Shown here: positions 62,351 through 64,000 of the stretch, piece after piece
Position numbering within the stretch: position 1 is the stretch's first letter
Layout: every line of letters begins with the position of its first letter
Source: a virus
Lineage: Duplodnaviria > Caudoviricetes
Length of the DNA stretch: 64,000 nucleotides
IMG/VR virus record: IMGVR_UViG_3300010391_000186
Location: 1,947-65,946 of that record
Direction: 5' to 3' (one strand)
Translations under genes and position numbers: made by a program
The notes under the pieces: generated by a model
The model's input: the letters and a program-made list of their open reading frames with translations, nothing else
What the model was told of the DNA's origin: nothing
Database searches by the model: none

Positions 62351-63280
62351 AAGCAAAAGTCAAGCACCAGAAAAATGGAACAGTTTTATTTATTTGTGTT
62401 GAGGACACACTGTTCTGGATAGGCGTGGTGGTTTGATGCTTGACTCTAATACTAACTATCACAGCATAATATTTAAAGATTTTTGTCTTAAACGAATTTA
62501 AACGGAGGAAAACATATGAGCTTGAATGCAAATAAGCGATATTTGTGGATTCCGTGTATAACTTGCATAATGACATTAACACAGGACAGTCAAGATAGAG
62601 TTCATCCAGAAGAAATAAATAAAATGTTGCAGAATGATCGTGCTGTCAGTTGGGGATGATAATCATGCCTGTAAACATGGATAAAGCTAGTGGAAAAAGA
62701 GGACTGGATCAGATAATGAAAAGTCTTCTTATGATTAGGATAGGAGCAAGGCAAAGCGAAATCACAGGAGAAACAGAGGACGCAATAGAAACATATGAAC
62801 GTCATTCCAAACACTTTCAGGAAAGATGTTCTTTTAATAAAGGAGATGAAAAAGATGCAGATGTTTTGTAAAGCTTTAATAATACAACTTCCAGACGGAA
62901 CAATAAGACTTTCTGCTCTGGTAGTTCATGGATCAGTATTGACAAATGAATACAAAAAAATGCTTGAAAAATCTGGTGTGGATGAAAAGGGAACGTATGA
63001 TACTAGATACAACGTATCTACACCCAACGACAAAATCCATATCATAGTGATGGAATGAGGAAACAAATATGAATATAGAAAGAGTCCAAGGATGCGCTAA
63101 TAGAAGCAACATTCTTAGAATACTTTTTGATGAAAATGAAATAGAGCATATCGTACCTCTAAAGATAAAAGCATGTAAAAACAAGTACGATTCAAATTGT
63201 AGTATGGAAGGGTGCCATAGATACAGAATAGGAACAAGAGGAACATTGAAGATTTCCTGGGACTGTAAAGGAAAAAGGAT

Positions 63281-63550
63281 GTGATTATGGATACGATAGA
63301 AATGAACATTGAAGAATTAACAAAGTCTTATGGAAGACATATTCGTGATCATGTTATAATATACTTGAGAACGCAGTATCGAGCATTTAAAGACGAAGAA
63401 CTACTGATAAAACACATAACAAAAACAATCGCGCACGAAGAACTTCACATTATTCTAAGACGCATAGGAATCGGATACACTATAAACGAAGAACAAGTTT
63501 TCAAAAGATTACAGCAGTATCTTTATCCAGAACTTTATTCAAAGAAGTAA
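63281..63550 (+). CDS. Minimal HExxH zincin-like protein
   Basis: TIAHEELHIIL...EE. Confidence 0.55.
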   Translation: MIMDTIEMNIEELTKSYGRHIRDHVIIYLRTQYRAFKDEELLIKHITKTIAHEELHIILRRIGIGYTINEEQVFKRLQQYLYPELYSKK

Positions 63551-63556
63551 AAAGAG

Positions 63557-63760
63557 GTGAACAAAATGAGAAGACAATTATATGAAGTTATTATCGAAGT
63601 GGATCATATCGTAAAAGAAAATCCTTTTGGTGTACATCAATCTGAAGTTGCATATATTGCAAGCATAGATATGTATAAATCAAAAAGAATTCTTGAAGGA
63701 TTGGTATCTATTGGTCGAATAACAAAAGAAGGAAGAATATATCTAGCAGGGGTGGATTAA
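63557..63760 (+). CDS. Small winged-helix protein
   Basis: GVHQSEVA...ILEGLVSIGRITKEG..Y. Confidence 0.55.
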   Translation: MNKMRRQLYEVIIEVDHIVKENPFGVHQSEVAYIASIDMYKSKRILEGLVSIGRITKEGRIYLAGVD

Positions 63761-63915
63761 AGGAGATTCTAGTATGAGCAAAAAGATGCCAGTACACAAA
63801 AGACTATTCAAGCAGTATAAAGCAGGATTCTTCAATAAAGTTCCTATGACTGAAGAGCAGGAAGCAACGCTTAAAGCACATTATCCATTTTTATTTGTGG
63901 GGGAAAGTCAAAATA

Positions 63916-63999
63916 GTTAATCAAAGTTAATCAATAGTTAATCAAAATATTCAGTCTTAACTGTTCAACTCGTAGCGAAAAAACGATGAAAGTTAAGAT
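63916..63999. repeat. Second iteron-like cluster: 3x GTTAATCA plus inverted TCTTAACT/AGTTAAGA
   Basis: GTTAATCA at 63916, 63926 and 63937. TCTTAACT at 63955-63962 and AGTTAAGA at 63991-63998. Confidence 0.7.
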
Positions 64000-64000
64000 A

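Larger units (their letters stand above)
1..64000. mobile_element. Archaeal virus genome segment (probably temperate; spindle-shaped or enveloped type)
   Basis: Dense co-oriented genes with archaeal-type replication proteins, a tyrosine recombinase and a membrane-rich structural module. Many micro-ORFs and TATA-type promoters. No ribosomal or metabolic host genes, and no terminase, portal or HK97 capsid recognised. Confidence 0.85.

Noticed and set aside
95-63309. Numerous minus-strand ORFs in the track (e.g. 27336-27914, 40016-40471, 59452-59883)
   Set aside because: They are antisense shadows of A-rich plus-strand genes with no motifs. Only the integrase unit is accepted on the minus strand.

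Overview
The whole window reads as a large part of an AT-rich archaeal virus genome (probably temperate; host probably a Methanosarcinales-type methanogen or ANME, by inference only). No host housekeeping genes or provirus boundaries are visible. Almost all genes are on the + strand; only a tyrosine recombinase and two tiny ORFs (30.0-31.4 kb) are on the - strand. Module 1 (1-27.6 kb) is an almost self-sufficient archaeal-type replisome and nucleotide-supply set: primase, RFC small and large, PCNA-like clamp, split family B polymerase, helicase-like ATPase, ATP ligase, class II RNR, dCTP deaminase, ERCC4, Cas4-like and HNH nucleases, and an Ogg-like glycosylase. Embedded in it is a candidate DNA-modification cluster (two radical SAM enzymes, an amino-MTase, a DUF2284-like protein and a MazG-like hydrolase) around a polymerase with a remodelled base-pair pocket. 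Module 2 (31.6-54 kb) is a membrane-rich morphogenesis module without head-tail genes: P-loop ATPase, glycosylated adhesin, tandem two-helix capsid-like paralogues with prepilin-type leaders, and a 1206-aa polyvalent GNAT/zincin/nucleotidyltransferase protein. This suggests a spindle-shaped or other enveloped virion. Module 3 (55-64 kb) is an early/host-takeover region (RadC, DUF932, H1-like, Topo VIA-like, vWA) with two structured non-coding regions. Also visible are a conserved promoter-upstream motif, a GAGGACA ribosome-binding motif, two GTTAATCA iteron clusters, a frameshifted dcd and an ORF starting with ACG. All family assignments come from motif recognition by eye; no searches were run.
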